This document shows, one piece after another, positions 13,608-26,378 of a stretch of 64,000 nucleotides of DNA. Both the position numbers and the translations under genes were made by a program. The DNA lies in assembly GCA_951406725.2 (NCBI GenBank), contig OX597821.1, positions 99,076,001-99,140,000 of the forward strand, written 5' to 3'. The notes beneath the pieces were generated by a model. That model saw only the letters and a list, made by a program, of their open reading frames with translations, had not been told where the DNA came from and searched no databases. Positions within the stretch are counted from its first letter, which is position 1. Every line of letters begins with the position of its first letter. Origin of the DNA: Octopus vulgaris (taxonomy: Eukaryota).

Positions 13608-14152
13608 AGCTGCTTTCCTTACAACCGACCGTGTGACACAGCTACTGTTTCAAAAATAAATAGACATCACTTTAGCCTCGCAGTCAAATGACCTCAGTCA
13701 CCCTGCTCTCATCGGATGACACCTCTTTTCTTTTATTTTTATTAGTGTTGACGACTGGTAAGTAGATTTATATACTTGCGACTTGGCCGTGACAAATAAC
13801 AAAAGCAGATATAAAGAGGAAATGGATAAATGATGGGAATGTTGACGACGATGATGATGAGGAGGAGAAGGAGGAGGAGGAGGAGGATTCCCCAGATTCT
13901 TCAATTAACAAATGTGATTTCAGCGTACATTTAGAGTTTGGGAGTCAATATTTACAAGGTTCGCTTGTACGCAAGCTGAGACAAATTGGACAGAATATGT
14001 ACTCGTTAATCATGAACAACAATAACAGCTGTACCTGATTTAATTTTTCTTTGCAAAAATATCCACAAGAGGCATGACTAGTCACTGCATCACTTTCAAC
14101 CACTTTGCTTAAGTTGTTTCGGGCTGCTGCAGCAGCAACGAAAGCAGTGACA

Positions 14153-14388
14153 TTGATGATGATGATGACGATGATGATGATGATGACGATGATGACGATG
14201 ATGATTATGATGATGATGATGATGATGTTGATGATGTTGATGGTAGTTGTGGTGGTGGTGATGATGATGATGATGTTGATGATGGTAGTGGTGGTGGTGG
14301 TGGTGATGAGGAGGAGGATGTTGATAAGGATGATGATGATGATGGTAGTGGTGGTGGCGGCGGCGGTGGTGGTGGTGGTGGTGAGGAT
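14153..14388. repeat. Compound (GAT/GGT)n trinucleotide tract upstream of the Frizzled ATG
   Basis: Directly visible. Confidence 0.9.
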
Positions 14389-14989
14389 GAATATACGTTG
14401 AAGATATTGTTGATAACAATGCCGGCCATCGGAAAAAAAAAAAAGAGGTACAATTAATTTTCTACGTTCACTATCTTTTTCCGTTTTGAGAAAAACAAGT
14501 CGACAGATATTTTTGTTTGTGTCATGGTTCTGTGCAATTCGAGAGGAAAAATGTTACAAATTTCATACATACATCTTCACACACATTCTGTAAATGTGTA
14601 GGTGTCCATGATAGTTTCATGAAGAAGCTCACTGGTTAAATAGCTCGCTACTGTACTCCTATTGACAAGCTGTTCCTCCATTGGGAAGCAAAGCAGTTGC
14701 TGGTCGAAGCTCTCACTATTGAGGCAGGTTTGTTTTGCTCGTGAGATGCAGTAAAATGGTGGCTCTGCTTTTCTTACGTTCGTTTAGAATATTCTCTCCT
14801 TCCTTTTCTTCTTCATGAAGCTTTTACACAGATAATAATAATATATAGTCTCACATTTTCCTTCCCTCTCTTTCCTGATATTTTTGTCAATTTTTCATTC
14901 TCCCACCGTGTTTCGCCCTCTCGCTATCTCAATCTTACTTCCTTCCTCCATATCCTCTCGTTCACCTCTCCTTATCAAATCTGCTATGT

Positions 14990-15026
14990 TTTTACTGCTG
15001 CTAGGTTGGAGCGCATACTATATATA
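14990..15026 (-). promoter_or_regulatory. Candidate TATA box plus Inr for the Frizzled gene
   Basis: Minus strand TATATATAG starts at 15026 and an Inr-like GCAGT has its A at 14996, exactly 30 nt downstream, in TE-free sequence upstream of the CDS. Confidence 0.4.
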
Positions 15027-15805
15027 ACATCCTGTGAGCGAGTGTATGAATTTGTATCTGTGTGTTTATAGTTTTCGGTAGGCGTTAACATTTAATAGGA
15101 GGGGGAAAGTAGATGATGGGAGAAAGAAAGGAAGAAAGTAAGAGAGACAGAGAGAAGTGGAAAACAAAACAAAAGTGGTTACTGAGAATGGATAACGAGA
15201 ACAGCGACAAATACGTAAAGAAAAATGAACGTGTAAAATGCTATATATCAGGAAAAAATAGTGTATGCAAGTTAATATCTTATAAGTACTATAAGCATAA
15301 AGTGAGAAAATATTGGCAAATACTACGAGCAGAAACGATAGCGTTATGTGTCAATCAAATGAGATAGACAAACTCACTTATACTCATTAAGGGACTAAGC
15401 CCCGCCTCTATGTACAGCAGAGACGGTGAAACCTTTTTGATTTCATTTTCGCGCTGCTTACAGTGTCTTTCTAGCTTTTCTTTTCTAATCTCTGCCACTC
15501 TAATTTGCGTTACGTATTTATTCACAAAATTGTTAGCAGTAGACACGGGATTCTGTTTTGGATGTGTTTCTTAAATTAAAAACGCATACTAAAATTTACA
15601 TTACGTATCAATATAATGGAGAAAAAGTGATTCGTTTTCTGATAAATCTTTGTTTTGAAGCAGATCAAATTTATGTTTCATTAGAACATCGGCGTTGATT
15701 AGTCTCCGTGTGATTAATTAGGTGTTAGATATTCCAAGCATTGATATTGATCAATGTCTACGTATACATAGATATATGCATCAATACATACATTCATACA
15801 TACAT

Positions 15806-16207
15806 AGGCGCAGGAGTGGCTGTGTGGTAAGTAGCTTGTCTACCAGCCACATGGTTCCGGGTTCAGTCCCACTGTGTGGCACCTTGGGCAAGTGTCTTCT
15901 ACTATAGCCTCGGGCCGACCAAAGCCTTGTGAGTGGATTTGGTAGACGGAAACTGAAAGAAGCCCGTCGTATATATGTATACATATGTATATGCGTGTTT
16001 GTGTTTGTGTGTCTGTGTTGGTCCCCTAGCAATGCTTGACAACCGATGCTGGTGTGTTTATGTCCCCGTTACTTAGCGGTTCGGCAAAAGCGACCGACAG
16101 AATAAGTACTGGGCTTACAAAAGAATAAGTCCCGGGGTCGAGTTGCTCGATTAAAGGCGGTGCTCCAGAATGGCCGCAGTCAAATGACTGAAACAAGTCA
16201 AAGAGTC
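15806..16207 (+). mobile_element. tRNA-derived CORE-type SINE (octopus OR2-like)
   Basis: A/B boxes (TGGCTGTGTGG, GGTTCAGTCCC), CORE-like ACCTTGGGCAAGT, internal TA/TG microsatellite, conserved 3' stem-loop tail; many copies in the window. Confidence 0.9.
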
Positions 16208-16211
16208 AAAG

Positions 16212-16256
<45 letters not shown>

Positions 16257-16312
16257 TACATACATACATACATACATACATACATACATACATACATACA
16301 TACATACATACA

Positions 16313-16519
16313 TAGTTAATCCAAACATGAACAAAGAGAAAACACAACAACGCGAGGACGTGGAACAAGTATAGTGTTATTGGACGCTCAGGAAAGAAAG
16401 GAAAGAAGGAGGATTTAACGTTTCGAGCCGAGCTCTTCGTCAGAAACATAAGAAAAGGAAAGATCCAAAGAAGGGAAGACGGAGGGAAGAAATCGCCAAC
16501 GGTACACACGCGGTCACAT
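16313..16519 (-). mobile_element. Penelope-like terminal-repeat derivative, family B
   Basis: See 5576-5789. Confidence 0.65.
16413..16447 (-). ncRNA. Minimal type I hammerhead motif (PLE-associated), canonical CUGACGA core
   Basis: GTTT-CTGACGA-A-GAGC-TCG-GCTC-GAAAC-GTT|AAAT. Confidence 0.7.
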
Positions 16520-16806
16520 GCATACATACATACATACACACACACACGCACACACACACATACATACATACATACATACATACATACATACATACATACA
16601 TACATACATACATACATACATACATACATACATACATACGTACGAACGTATGTGAGTACGCGCGTGTGTGCATTAATTTGAGTATTTTTCTTGTTTCCCG
16701 AATATTTCATCGTGGAAAGCTCTTTAGCAAGATAGAGCTAAAACGAAGAGGCAATAAAAAAACCAACTTTAATTACATACTGAAATAAAATATCTACAAC
16801 ATTGCT

Positions 16807-17198
16807 CAGGAGTGGCTGTGTGGTAAGTAGCTTGTTTACCAGCCACATGGTTCCGGGTTCAGTTCCACTGCGTGGCACCTTGGGCAAGTGTCTTCTACTA
16901 TAGCCTCGGGCCGACCAAAGCCTTGTGAGTGGATTTGGTAGACGGAAACTGAAAGAAGCCCGTCGTATATATGTATATATATATGCGTGTGTGTTTGTGT
17001 GTCTGTGTTTGTCCCCCTAGCATTGCTTGACAACCGATGCTGGTGTGTTTTTGTCCCCGTTACTTAGCGGTTCGGCAAAAGTGACCGATAGAATAAGTAC
17101 TGGGCTTACAAAAGAATAAGTCCCGGGGTCGATTTGCTCGATTAAAGGCGGTGCTCCAGCATGGCCGCAGTCAAATGACTAAAACAAGTAAAAGAGAG
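16807..17198 (+). mobile_element. CORE-type SINE
   Basis: Same family as 15806-16207. Confidence 0.9.
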
Positions 17199-17994
17199 TC
17201 CCCTGAGTTAGTTATATTCTCACTTTAGTTGTGAAGTATTATCTATGGCTCATTCTTATTTATTTGCCTTGAATTGTAGCTGATACGGTCGACTTTAGTG
17301 AATTTGAGGGCTTCCTCAATAAATTCTTTTCTTTTTTTTCATTTTAATTTTTTTTCACTGCAAATTCTTCATAAATTGTGCAATTAATATTTCGTTTGTT
17401 TCTCGTTACTCCGGGCCCCGTACTCCAGAGTATAAAAGAGGCACATTTTGAGAATTATTTCCGCTGATGAAGTCATCAGACTACCGCATGCTGTGAATTG
17501 ATTGGCAGGATTTCGATGTTGCACACTGTGTCCGAAGACTAGATAACATTGTAGATGTTTTATTTCATATGTAGCTTGACTTGTTTTGTTTCGGCTGTTT
17601 CTATACATTATGTAGAATTATAATTTGATATTTTTTTTTTCTTAAGCACTCTCCTTAAATCGCTTTATATAAAAAAAATATTCTCGCAGTAATTCAAAGT
17701 ATCTATAAATTTATAAACATGGTTGCTATACCTTTTAGACACAAATATGGCTGTATGGATAATGTGTACGCTTCGAAATCACAAGGTTTATGGTTCAGTA
17801 CTGCTGCAGTCGTCCAGAGCAAATGTAGAGCTGTGGGTCAACTGGATGAATGGAAACTGTGAGAAAGCCTTTCGCATATGCGAAGGACTCTCTCACAGTT
17901 TTATACATATATATGTATGCATGTACATGTATGTATGAGCGTGTATACACACACACACACACACACACACATATTTATATATGTATGTATGAAT

Positions 17995-19590
17995 AGTGTT
18001 CCGAATTGCAGGACAGTGTGTCAGAGAAAATCGTCATACTGCCAGAGAGAAGTGTGTGAGGATGAGTGATGGCACTTTTGCATTTATTGATTCTGAAAAG
18101 ACAGAGGTATGAGAGTGCCACTATGAAAGGCTACTAAACGTAAAGAAAGAGAGTCTCCTTAATGTGAGCCCAACAAACGGCAGTGTGATCGATAAATCAA
18201 TTAAGAATATGAAGACAGGGAAAGCTCCTGGTCCTTCAGAATTTACTGCTGAGATGGTCAAAATATTTATCTAAGCGGGAAAAGGTTTTGTCACCCATAT
18301 TGTTAACCCGGTTGCACAGGAATGTATCATACCCAACTACAGGTGTAGCAACCACTACAAAGGTAGAAAAGAAGTAATTACAGAGGTGTCAAATTGTTAG
18401 ACTAGGTACTGAAAGTTACATTAAGGGTTATAGCCCAACTCATCAAGAGATTTAACGTAGATGACATATAGTTTGGTTTGTGACAGAGAGAAGCACTACT
18501 GGTGCTATATTCCTAGTAAGTCAACTGCAGGAGAAGTATTTAGCAAAAAATAAACCGCCGTGCTTAGCATTTGTCGACATGGAGAAATCCTTTGACATGA
18601 TCCACGCTCTCTCAATTGACTGTCGCTGTGGAAGCTATGGCTTGATGAATGGTTGACGAGAACTGTTTAAGCCATGCACAGGAATGTTGTCAATAAGATG
18701 GAAGTCAGCAAAGAGTATAACAATGAATTTAATGTGCAGGTAAGAGTATACCAGAGTTCGGTTCTCAGCCCTCTCTTATTTATCATAGTCCTCCAGGCCA
18801 TAACAGAAGATTAAACACTGGTTCTCGAGAATACTCTTCTATATTGATGACCTTGTTCTTACAGCTGAATCTATCATTAGATAAAAATCTAGGTTCGAAA
18901 GTAAAACCAGTAATCAAAGGGCTTTAAAGTTAGCTTAGTAAACAAGGAAGCAAATTACTATTCCCTTCAAGGAAATGGCCCTACTCGACATGTAGAAAAT
19001 GCGTAGGTAGGAATACCATATAGTGTATCCAGTGCAAGCTATGAACATATGAAGTGCAGTAGAATCACAGGAAGGTTAACAGAGAAAGTAGCCTCTGTGT
19101 GTGGCAGATGTGCAGGAACAATAAACACTAAAATCACACAGAAAATAGATTTCCTCAAATGCCCAGAGGGATCCATAGCAGTAGTTAATAATTTCTTTTA
19201 CCTAGGTGATGGAATTAACAGTGGAAGTGGGTGTTGCTAGAATAAGAACTGGCCAGAGAAAGTTCAGAGAGTGATTACTTCTGTTAGTAATAAAATGCCA
19301 AATGAAACGTAGGATATGACTGCAGAAAATATGCAAAGGCTTGAAAGAAATGAAGCTAGCATGCTCCACTAGATGTACAATATCAGTGTGCATGTACGAC
19401 AAAGTGTAAATGTGTTGCGAGAAAAAAAGTAGGCATAAGGAGCACGAAAGATGACTGCGCTGGTATTGTCATGTGATTCGTAATGAAGGAGAATAGTTGC
19501 ATAAAGAAGTACTGATCTTTAAATATGAATGGAACCTGTGGAATGGGGAAGACCTAAGAAGATGTGGGCAGAAGTTGTGAAGAGCTATTA
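17995..19590 (+). mobile_element. RTE-clade LINE remnant (RT plus PHD-like Cys insert), heavily decayed
   Basis: MKTGKAPGP, STTGAIFLVSQLQEKYLAKNKP..AFVDMEK.FD, Q.SVLSPLLFIIVL, YIDDL, CGRC..FFYLGD. Confidence 0.88.
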
Positions 19591-19800
19591 AAGGACACTC
19601 CTAGAAAGGACGGTCAAGTCACCCTCTCTGTTGAGGCACTGGCAGCTTTTGAGTCCATCAAGAAGGATCTAGCTTCTGTTTCTTTGTTTGCACATCCAGT
19701 TCCTGGTGCTTTTCTCTCTTTAACTGTAGGCGCATCGGATACTGCGATTGGCGCTGTGTTACAACACACAGTGGACGATCATACTCGGGAGTTGAGCCCG
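19590..19800 (+). mobile_element. Gypsy LTR-retrotransposon RT/RNase H connector fragment
   Basis: AFESIKKDLASVSLFAHP...LTVGASDTAIGAVLQ. Confidence 0.75.
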
Positions 19801-20110
19801 ACACAGATGACAAACGACCGAGATGACATTTTGCTAAGCTCAAGAAAATTCGCCCAAAGCGTTTTGCACTCTGCCCCACTCCCCGTGCATTGGATATCAT
19901 CTTGCTGCAACCTGTTACCTCCTTGATCTGCACCCACTTCCTTCCCATCTAACAGATATTTACATCTCTAGCCGTGTTCACCGCTCACTGCATCTCTTTC
20001 TATCCATCTGCCACTTGCTTCTCACACTCTCAAGAACTTACTCACCCATACCACTTCTCTCTATTCGCCTTCTTGCAACTTAAAAGTAAGCCTTGACACA
20101 TCTTCAATAA

Positions 20111-20712
20111 CTATTTCTTTACCACCCACAAAGGGCTAAACACAGAGAGGACAAACAAGGATAGGCAAACGGATTAAGTCGATTGTATCGACCCCAGTGC
20201 GTAACTGGTACTTAATTTATCGACTCCGAAAGGATGAAAGGCAAAGTCGACCTCGGCGGAATTTGAACTCAGAACGTAACAGCAGACGAAATACCTATTT
20301 CTTTATTACCCACAAGGGGCTAAACACAGAGGGGACAAACAAGGACAGACATATGTATTAAGTCGATTACATCGACCCCAGTGCGTAACTGGTACTTAAT
20401 TTATCGACCCCGAAAGGATGAAAGGCAAAGTCGACCTCGTCGGAATTTGAACTCAGAACGTAACGGCAGACGAAATACCTATTTCTTTATTACCCACAAG
20501 GGGCTAAACACAGAGGCGACAAACAAGGACAGACATATGTATTAAGTCGATTACATCGACCCCAGTGCGTAACTGGTGCTTAATTTATCGACCCCGAAAG
20601 GATGAAAGGCAAAGTCGACCTCGGCGGAATTTGAACTCAGAACGTAACGGCAGACGAAATACCGCTAAGCATTTCGCCCGGCGTGCTAACGATTCTGCCA
20701 GCTCGCCGCCTT
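20111..20712 (-). mobile_element. Tandem trimer of a Meta-domain-like SINE
   Basis: Three ~183 bp units with GCCTTTCATCCTTTCGGGGTCGATAAA core; only one has the 5' head; flanking duplication of ..CATCTTCAATA. Confidence 0.9.
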
Positions 20713-21050
20713 GATACCATCTTCAATACCATCCTCCTTCTCTTCTATCTGAGGTGACTAGGTTTCTCCCCTACAACCAGACACCTAACGCTCGTTCCCA
20801 TCTCATCACCTGGCATAAAACCAGCTCTCTCAATACTACTCCCCCACTTCCATTTAGGTGCGAATAACTTGGTTAGCCTCATTAGTGTCGGTAATCACGT
20901 GAAAAGCACCCAGTACACTCTGTAATGTGGTTCGCGTTAGGAAGGACGTAATAACTGTAAATAACCCATGCTAACGGAAACATTGGAGCTTGACGCAGCT
21001 TTTTGGTCCGCCAGCCTCTGTTGGACCATCTAACACGTGTTAACATTGAA

Positions 21051-21051
21051 A

Positions 21052-21108
<57 letters not shown>

Positions 21109-21130
21109 TTGATGATGATGGTGGTGGTGG

Positions 21131-21162
<32 letters not shown>

Positions 21163-21172
21163 GTGGTGGTGA

Positions 21173-21206
<34 letters not shown>

Positions 21207-21246
21207 GGTGGTGGTGGTATGATGATGATGATGGTGGTGGTGGTGG

Positions 21247-21277
<31 letters not shown>

Positions 21278-21285
21278 GATGATGA

Positions 21286-21319
<34 letters not shown>

Positions 21320-21348
21320 GATGATGATGGTGATGGTGGTGGTGGTGG

Positions 21349-21397
<49 letters not shown>

Positions 21398-21453
21398 GGT
21401 GATGATGATGATGGTGGTGGTGATGATGATGATGATGGTGATGATGGTGATGA

Positions 21454-21485
<32 letters not shown>

Positions 21486-21498
21486 ATGATGATGATGG

Positions 21499-21545
<47 letters not shown>

Positions 21546-21625
21546 ATGATGATGGTGATGATGATGATGGTGGTGGTGGTGATGATGATGATGACGACGA
21601 TGACGATGATGATGATGATGATGAT
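21051..21625. repeat. Compound (GAT/GGT)n microsatellite, ~575 bp
   Basis: Directly visible. Confidence 0.95.
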
Positions 21626-21873
21626 ACACGCGCGTGCATACACTCATATGTGTATGTGCGAGATTGTCACCTCGTGACAAACGTCCCTGTAACTTTGCTG
21701 TTCAGCAAAAAGAAACCGATTGTATTCGTGCCACACTTTAACATTAAGTACTGCGAGAGATTTTATAGACTAAAAACCATTCAAGGTAGTGTCTTCCCAT
21801 AGCCACATTCCGATGACCAAAGCATAAGAAGAGAAAAACGATATTCATGGCTATGTGAATGTATGTATGCATG

Positions 21874-21907
<34 letters not shown>

Positions 21908-22296
21908 TGTATGTATGTATGTATGTATGTATGTATGTATGTGTGAGAGAGAGAGAAATAGAGAGAGAGAGTGAGGGGGAGCGTACGCTCACGTGTATGT
22001 ATTTAGAACGCATTGTGAGTAAGCCGCGCTGTCCTTAATAGGATGCTACAGTGTCAAGTGTGCTGCCAAGCTGCTGTCACTATCTCCATTGACTGTCAAA
22101 ACAACATTATGATACACAGTAGACCGCCAATGTGTAGGTTTACAGCTTATAATACCTCCAGTCTGTTAAACCTGTGCGTGTCACCACTCGCTCACCGCCC
22201 CTGGACTTTCATTAAGAACAAATCATTTTTTTTTTGTTGGTAATCATTCATTTTCAAGATAACTTGTGCGTGAATATATTTTGAGTGCACAGCACT

Positions 22297-23000
22297 ATTT
22301 TATTCTTTTACTTGTTTCAGTCATTTAACCGCGGCCATGCTGGAGCACCGCCTTTTAATCGAGCAACTCGACCCCGGCCATGCTGGAGCACCGCCTTTAC
22401 TCGAGCAACTCGACCCCGGGACTTATTCTTTTGTAAGCCCAGTACTTATTCTGTCGGTCATTTTTGCCGAACCGCTAAGTAACGGGGACATAAACACACC
22501 AGCATCGGTTGTCAAGCAATGCTAGGGGGACAAACACTGCTTAGCTTACCAGTGGCACAAATACATGAGACGACGGCTATTTAGAATACTCTCTCTCTCT
22601 TTTACTCTTTTACTTGTTTCAGTCATTTGACTGCGGCCATGCTGGAGCACCGCCTTTAGTCGAGCAAATCGACCCCGGGACTTATTCTTTGTAAGCCCAG
22701 TACTTATTCTATCGGTCGCTTTTGCCGAACCGCTAAGTGACGGGGACGTAAACACACCAGCATCGGTTGTCAAGCAATGCTAGTGGGACAATCACAGACA
22801 CACAAACATACATACACATACATATATATATATATACATATATACGACAGGCTTCTTTCAGTTTCCGTCTACCAATCCACGCACAAGGCATTGGTGGCCC
22901 GAGGCTATAGCAAAAGACACTTGCCCAAGATGCCACGCAGTGGGACTGAACCTGGAACCATGTGGTTGGCAAGCAAGCTACTTACCACACAGCCACTCTC
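22297..23000 (-). mobile_element. Two CORE-type SINE copies (5'-truncated copy with internal duplication, then a full copy)
   Basis: Reverse complement of the 15806 family at 22297-22540 and 22590-23000. Confidence 0.88.
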
Positions 23001-23518
23001 AGTTTCTTTTCTTTTTTTCTCGGTTTTTCCCTGTCACCATGATATTCAGCATACTTAAGCGGATGTGCTCTCCTATGGACGATAAGGTTCCTCTCCGAGA
23101 CCCACTATATTCTGTGCAAAGATGCCTATTTGTTAACATATGCCTCCAGAGCTGCTTCTGCCTATAAAAAAAGCAGGATTTGTAGTCGGAGTTTACTCCC
23201 CTAGATCCGTTAGAAGCAGGTCTACCTCGTGAACGATGTGGTCTTTAGGAATCATGCACAGCGGTCCTTGTTGTGGAAAGGCTATGAGCTCTTCTTATGA
23301 CTTCAACACACACATGTTGTTGAGAATGTTCTGAAAGTGTAATTGCTAGAATATAAACTTGCTTCCAGATTTCGGGTAGAACTGCCATATAAGTGATCAG
23401 TCAAAAGTTGACTTATTATCCCTTTATACAGTACTGTCTCCTTTACTGAGAATTTTCCACTTACGATTCCCGTAGTCCAGGTAGCTGAAGAGTAAACAGT
23501 TTTTCGGTTACGCTAGAA

Positions 23519-23719
23519 CAATGCTTTTCAAACGTTTTGCTGGAGCGGAACCCCAAGGAAACATTCCACTGGCTCGAGGAACCCCTGTGCAATAATTTAA
23601 TAGTCTTATGTACACATATTTGCACAGGAGTATTATAAATTGCTGTCGATTTTAGCAGTTTTGTAACTTCTTGCGGAACCCCTGGACTGTACTGGCGGAA
23701 CCCTGGTTGAAAACCACTG
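23519..23719. mobile_element. hAT (Buster/Charlie) MITE
   Basis: TIRs CAATGCTTTTCAA / TTGAAAACCACTG, subterminal GGAACCC repeats, perfect 8-bp TSD CGCTAGAA with central TA. Confidence 0.9.
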
Positions 23720-24545
23720 CGCTAGAATATAAAATTACAAACTATACTCTTGAAGTCGTGTAGGTAGAGAGCAATTGTTGGATCATATTAACGCAATAAT
23801 GTGTGTTATAAATAAAACACTCAGGAATTTCCAGCTAATGTACAGAAACAATTGTGGTGATTTGTATTAAAGTTTGTTCATGCCGTCTTCTTGTATTACA
23901 ATCATTTTGTATGGATTTTTCAGATATTAGCGAGTTTCGACATGTATATCCAATAAAAAGAGAATTCATGCTGGATATGGTAGCCGGTACGACGTGGAGG
24001 AGCTTTGTATAGCACGCTATAAAGTTATTTCCCAGATGATCTTATATATATATGTATATATATAGATATACACACAACTTATAAATAAGAGCAAAAGAAA
24101 AAAATTCCTATGCTAAATATGCCGAGAAATAGACTTTAAATCGTCAATAACCACATATAATTCATCACTAAAAGCACGCATCCCGAAGCAAGCTGACAGA
24201 AATCTCAACAAATTCCATTATTACCGAATCGGTCCGATTTCTGAGTTAATTCATAAAGAATTTTCTCGTCATCAGCGGTAAATACGTTAAGAAAATAAAT
24301 TAAATACTTGTACACATGGAACAAGCATACGCAAAGCCATGTGTACACTTAAGTACCCCAAATATATCCAAATAGAGATTTTGCTGCACACCTCGAGATA
24401 TGTGCGATCAGACTGAAAACTTCTCATAGAGTAAGAGACAGTCCGGAAGTGAATGGTATTAAATTTACATCTAATATAGGATAATTTTTTTTTTTATTTT
24501 ATCAGTTGCCAGCATTTTAAAAAATACCTTTTAGGGGGAAAATTA

Positions 24546-25713
24546 GGATCTTTACCTTTTGACCGACAGATTTAAAAAATAATTTTTTGTAACTAAACAC
24601 TTTCAAACTTCAGACACTGGTAGAATGTGTCATATAAAACATCTTTTACTCTTAGCATTTTTGAGAAAAACTCATATTTACGAAGTTATTTCACGTTAAA
24701 GTTGTCCTATTTCGGTAATTTCAACCAATCAATGACGTGTATTCAGCAGAATAAAATTACTGTTGTTGTTTGTTAACAAGAACTTCCGGTGGTGTATATT
24801 TTGTTTGTCACTGTTATTTATGACAACCCTAACCCTAACCCTAAAACCCAAACCCTAACCCTAAAACCCTGTAGTTACGCTACTGTGGAAGTTTCAGCGC
24901 GCATGCGCAGAATTGGATTACTTCCGGTAGGCCGCCGGAAGTTCCCTCATGCGCATGCGCAGGAACTGCAACCTGAAAGCGTCTCCGCTAAATCTGCCTT
25001 TTTGGAAGAGCAGCCCTAACGAGCGGACGCGACTAAAACTTCTCTCAGGGAAAGCCCTACGCATAGAGAAGCTCTCTTCGAAGCGGGAACGGAGGCCGTA
25101 TCTTCTTGGCTCACCCGAGTGAACATTTGTAAACAGTCCTGTGGACTGTTCTCCCTTAAGAAATATATATATGTATATATTTTACCTATGAACCCGAAGA
25201 ATAAAGTGTTATTTATTGTTATCGAAGGCAGCCGGATTTTTGGTTCCTTTTGTATGTGACAAGATAAGACCAGACATCCCTCAAGTGTTCCTGAAACTCT
25301 CATCTTGTTAAAACCCTAACCCTAACTCTAAAACCCTAACCCTAAAACCCTAACCCTAAAACCCTAACCCTAAAACCCTAACCCTAAAACCCTAACCCTA
25401 AAACCTTAAAAACAGTACAAACGCACGAACGATGTAATAAATAATAGTGACAAACGAAATATACGCAGCCGGAAGTTGTTGTTGACAAACAACGCCAGTA
25501 ATTTTATTCAGCTGAATACACGTCATTGATTGGTTGAAATTACCGAAATAGGACAATTTTAACGTGAAATAACTTCGTAAATATAAGTTTTTCTCAAAAA
25601 TGCTAAGAGTAAAAGATGTCTTAAATGACACATTCTACCAGTGTTCGAAGTTTGAAAGTGTTTAGTTACAAAAAATTATTTTTTAAAACTGTAGTTTCAA
25701 AAAGTAAAGATCC
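24546..25713. mobile_element. Long-TIR non-autonomous DNA transposon with internal telomere-like repeats
   Basis: ~270 bp TIRs GGATCTTTAC.../...GTAAAGATCC; 8-bp TSD (G/A)AAAATTA; (AACCCT / AAAACCCT)n at 24825-24869 and 25311-25407. Confidence 0.85.
24870..25311 (+). mobile_element. Probable solo LTR inside the telomere-like tract
   Basis: Starts TGT, ends TGTTAA (CA end mutated?), AACCC on both sides, GC-rich promoter-like 5' part, AATAAA near 25200. Confidence 0.5.
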
Positions 25714-26378
25714 AAAAATTATAAATAAGGGCAAAAAAAAAAATTCCTTCGAGACGCGTGCTTTTAGTGATGAATTATCTGTGGTTATTGACGATTTAAA
25801 GTCTATTTCTCGGCATATTTGGCATGGTAATTTTTTTCTTTTGCACTTATTTATAAGTTGTTTATAATTTTCACCTTAAAAGGTATTTTTTAATATGCTG
25901 GCCACTGATAAAAATTTTTGAAAATTTTATCCTATATCATATATATATAGTGCTTGTATCATCATCATCATCAACGTTTTAAAGCCCGGTCCATTCTTGT
26001 ACAACATATGTGACAGCCAAAAACAAATTATGCAGTGTTTAAGCTGTAAATTTCGAAAGATTTCAAGGACTGTATTGAATCATACTTCAGAGTAAAGTTC
26101 GTGCACTCAAGTAATTATTAAACAACTTTTGGTTCTCTATATGAATGTTTAGCAAGTGGCCTTGACCAAGTGACTTCAGCTACACTCAGGACCCATCAGT
26201 GTTTTCTCAGTGCATTTGGTCGATGGAATTTGTTTATGAAACAAAATCACTTTTGTCTTTAAATGAACGCTATACTTCACAGTTTTATATGCAACATATT
26301 TTAGATTCTACACCAGAGATAACGTATAACATGCTTTGAATTGACCATTATTCATTGTAGTTTGTATACTGTCGTCTG

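Larger units (their letters stand above)
24474..25936. mobile_element. Outer TA-ended MITE (host of nested insertions); extra arm fragment at 24076-24190
   Basis: TATAGGATAA..ATCAGTTGCCAGCAT..ATACCTTTTA inverted at 25871-25936. Confidence 0.7.

Noticed and set aside
20111-20712. CRISPR-like or satellite array
   Set aside because: No unique spacers; units are SINE bodies in a eukaryotic genome.
20882-21680. Long poly-His/Met/Ile/Ser ORFs (also the YI, CV, MYVC, poly-L/E/K ORFs elsewhere)
   Set aside because: They are translations of microsatellites that lack stop codons; no domain content.
24825-25407. True telomere or chromosome fusion site
   Set aside because: Short degenerate tracts, both in the same orientation, enclosed by transposon TIRs.
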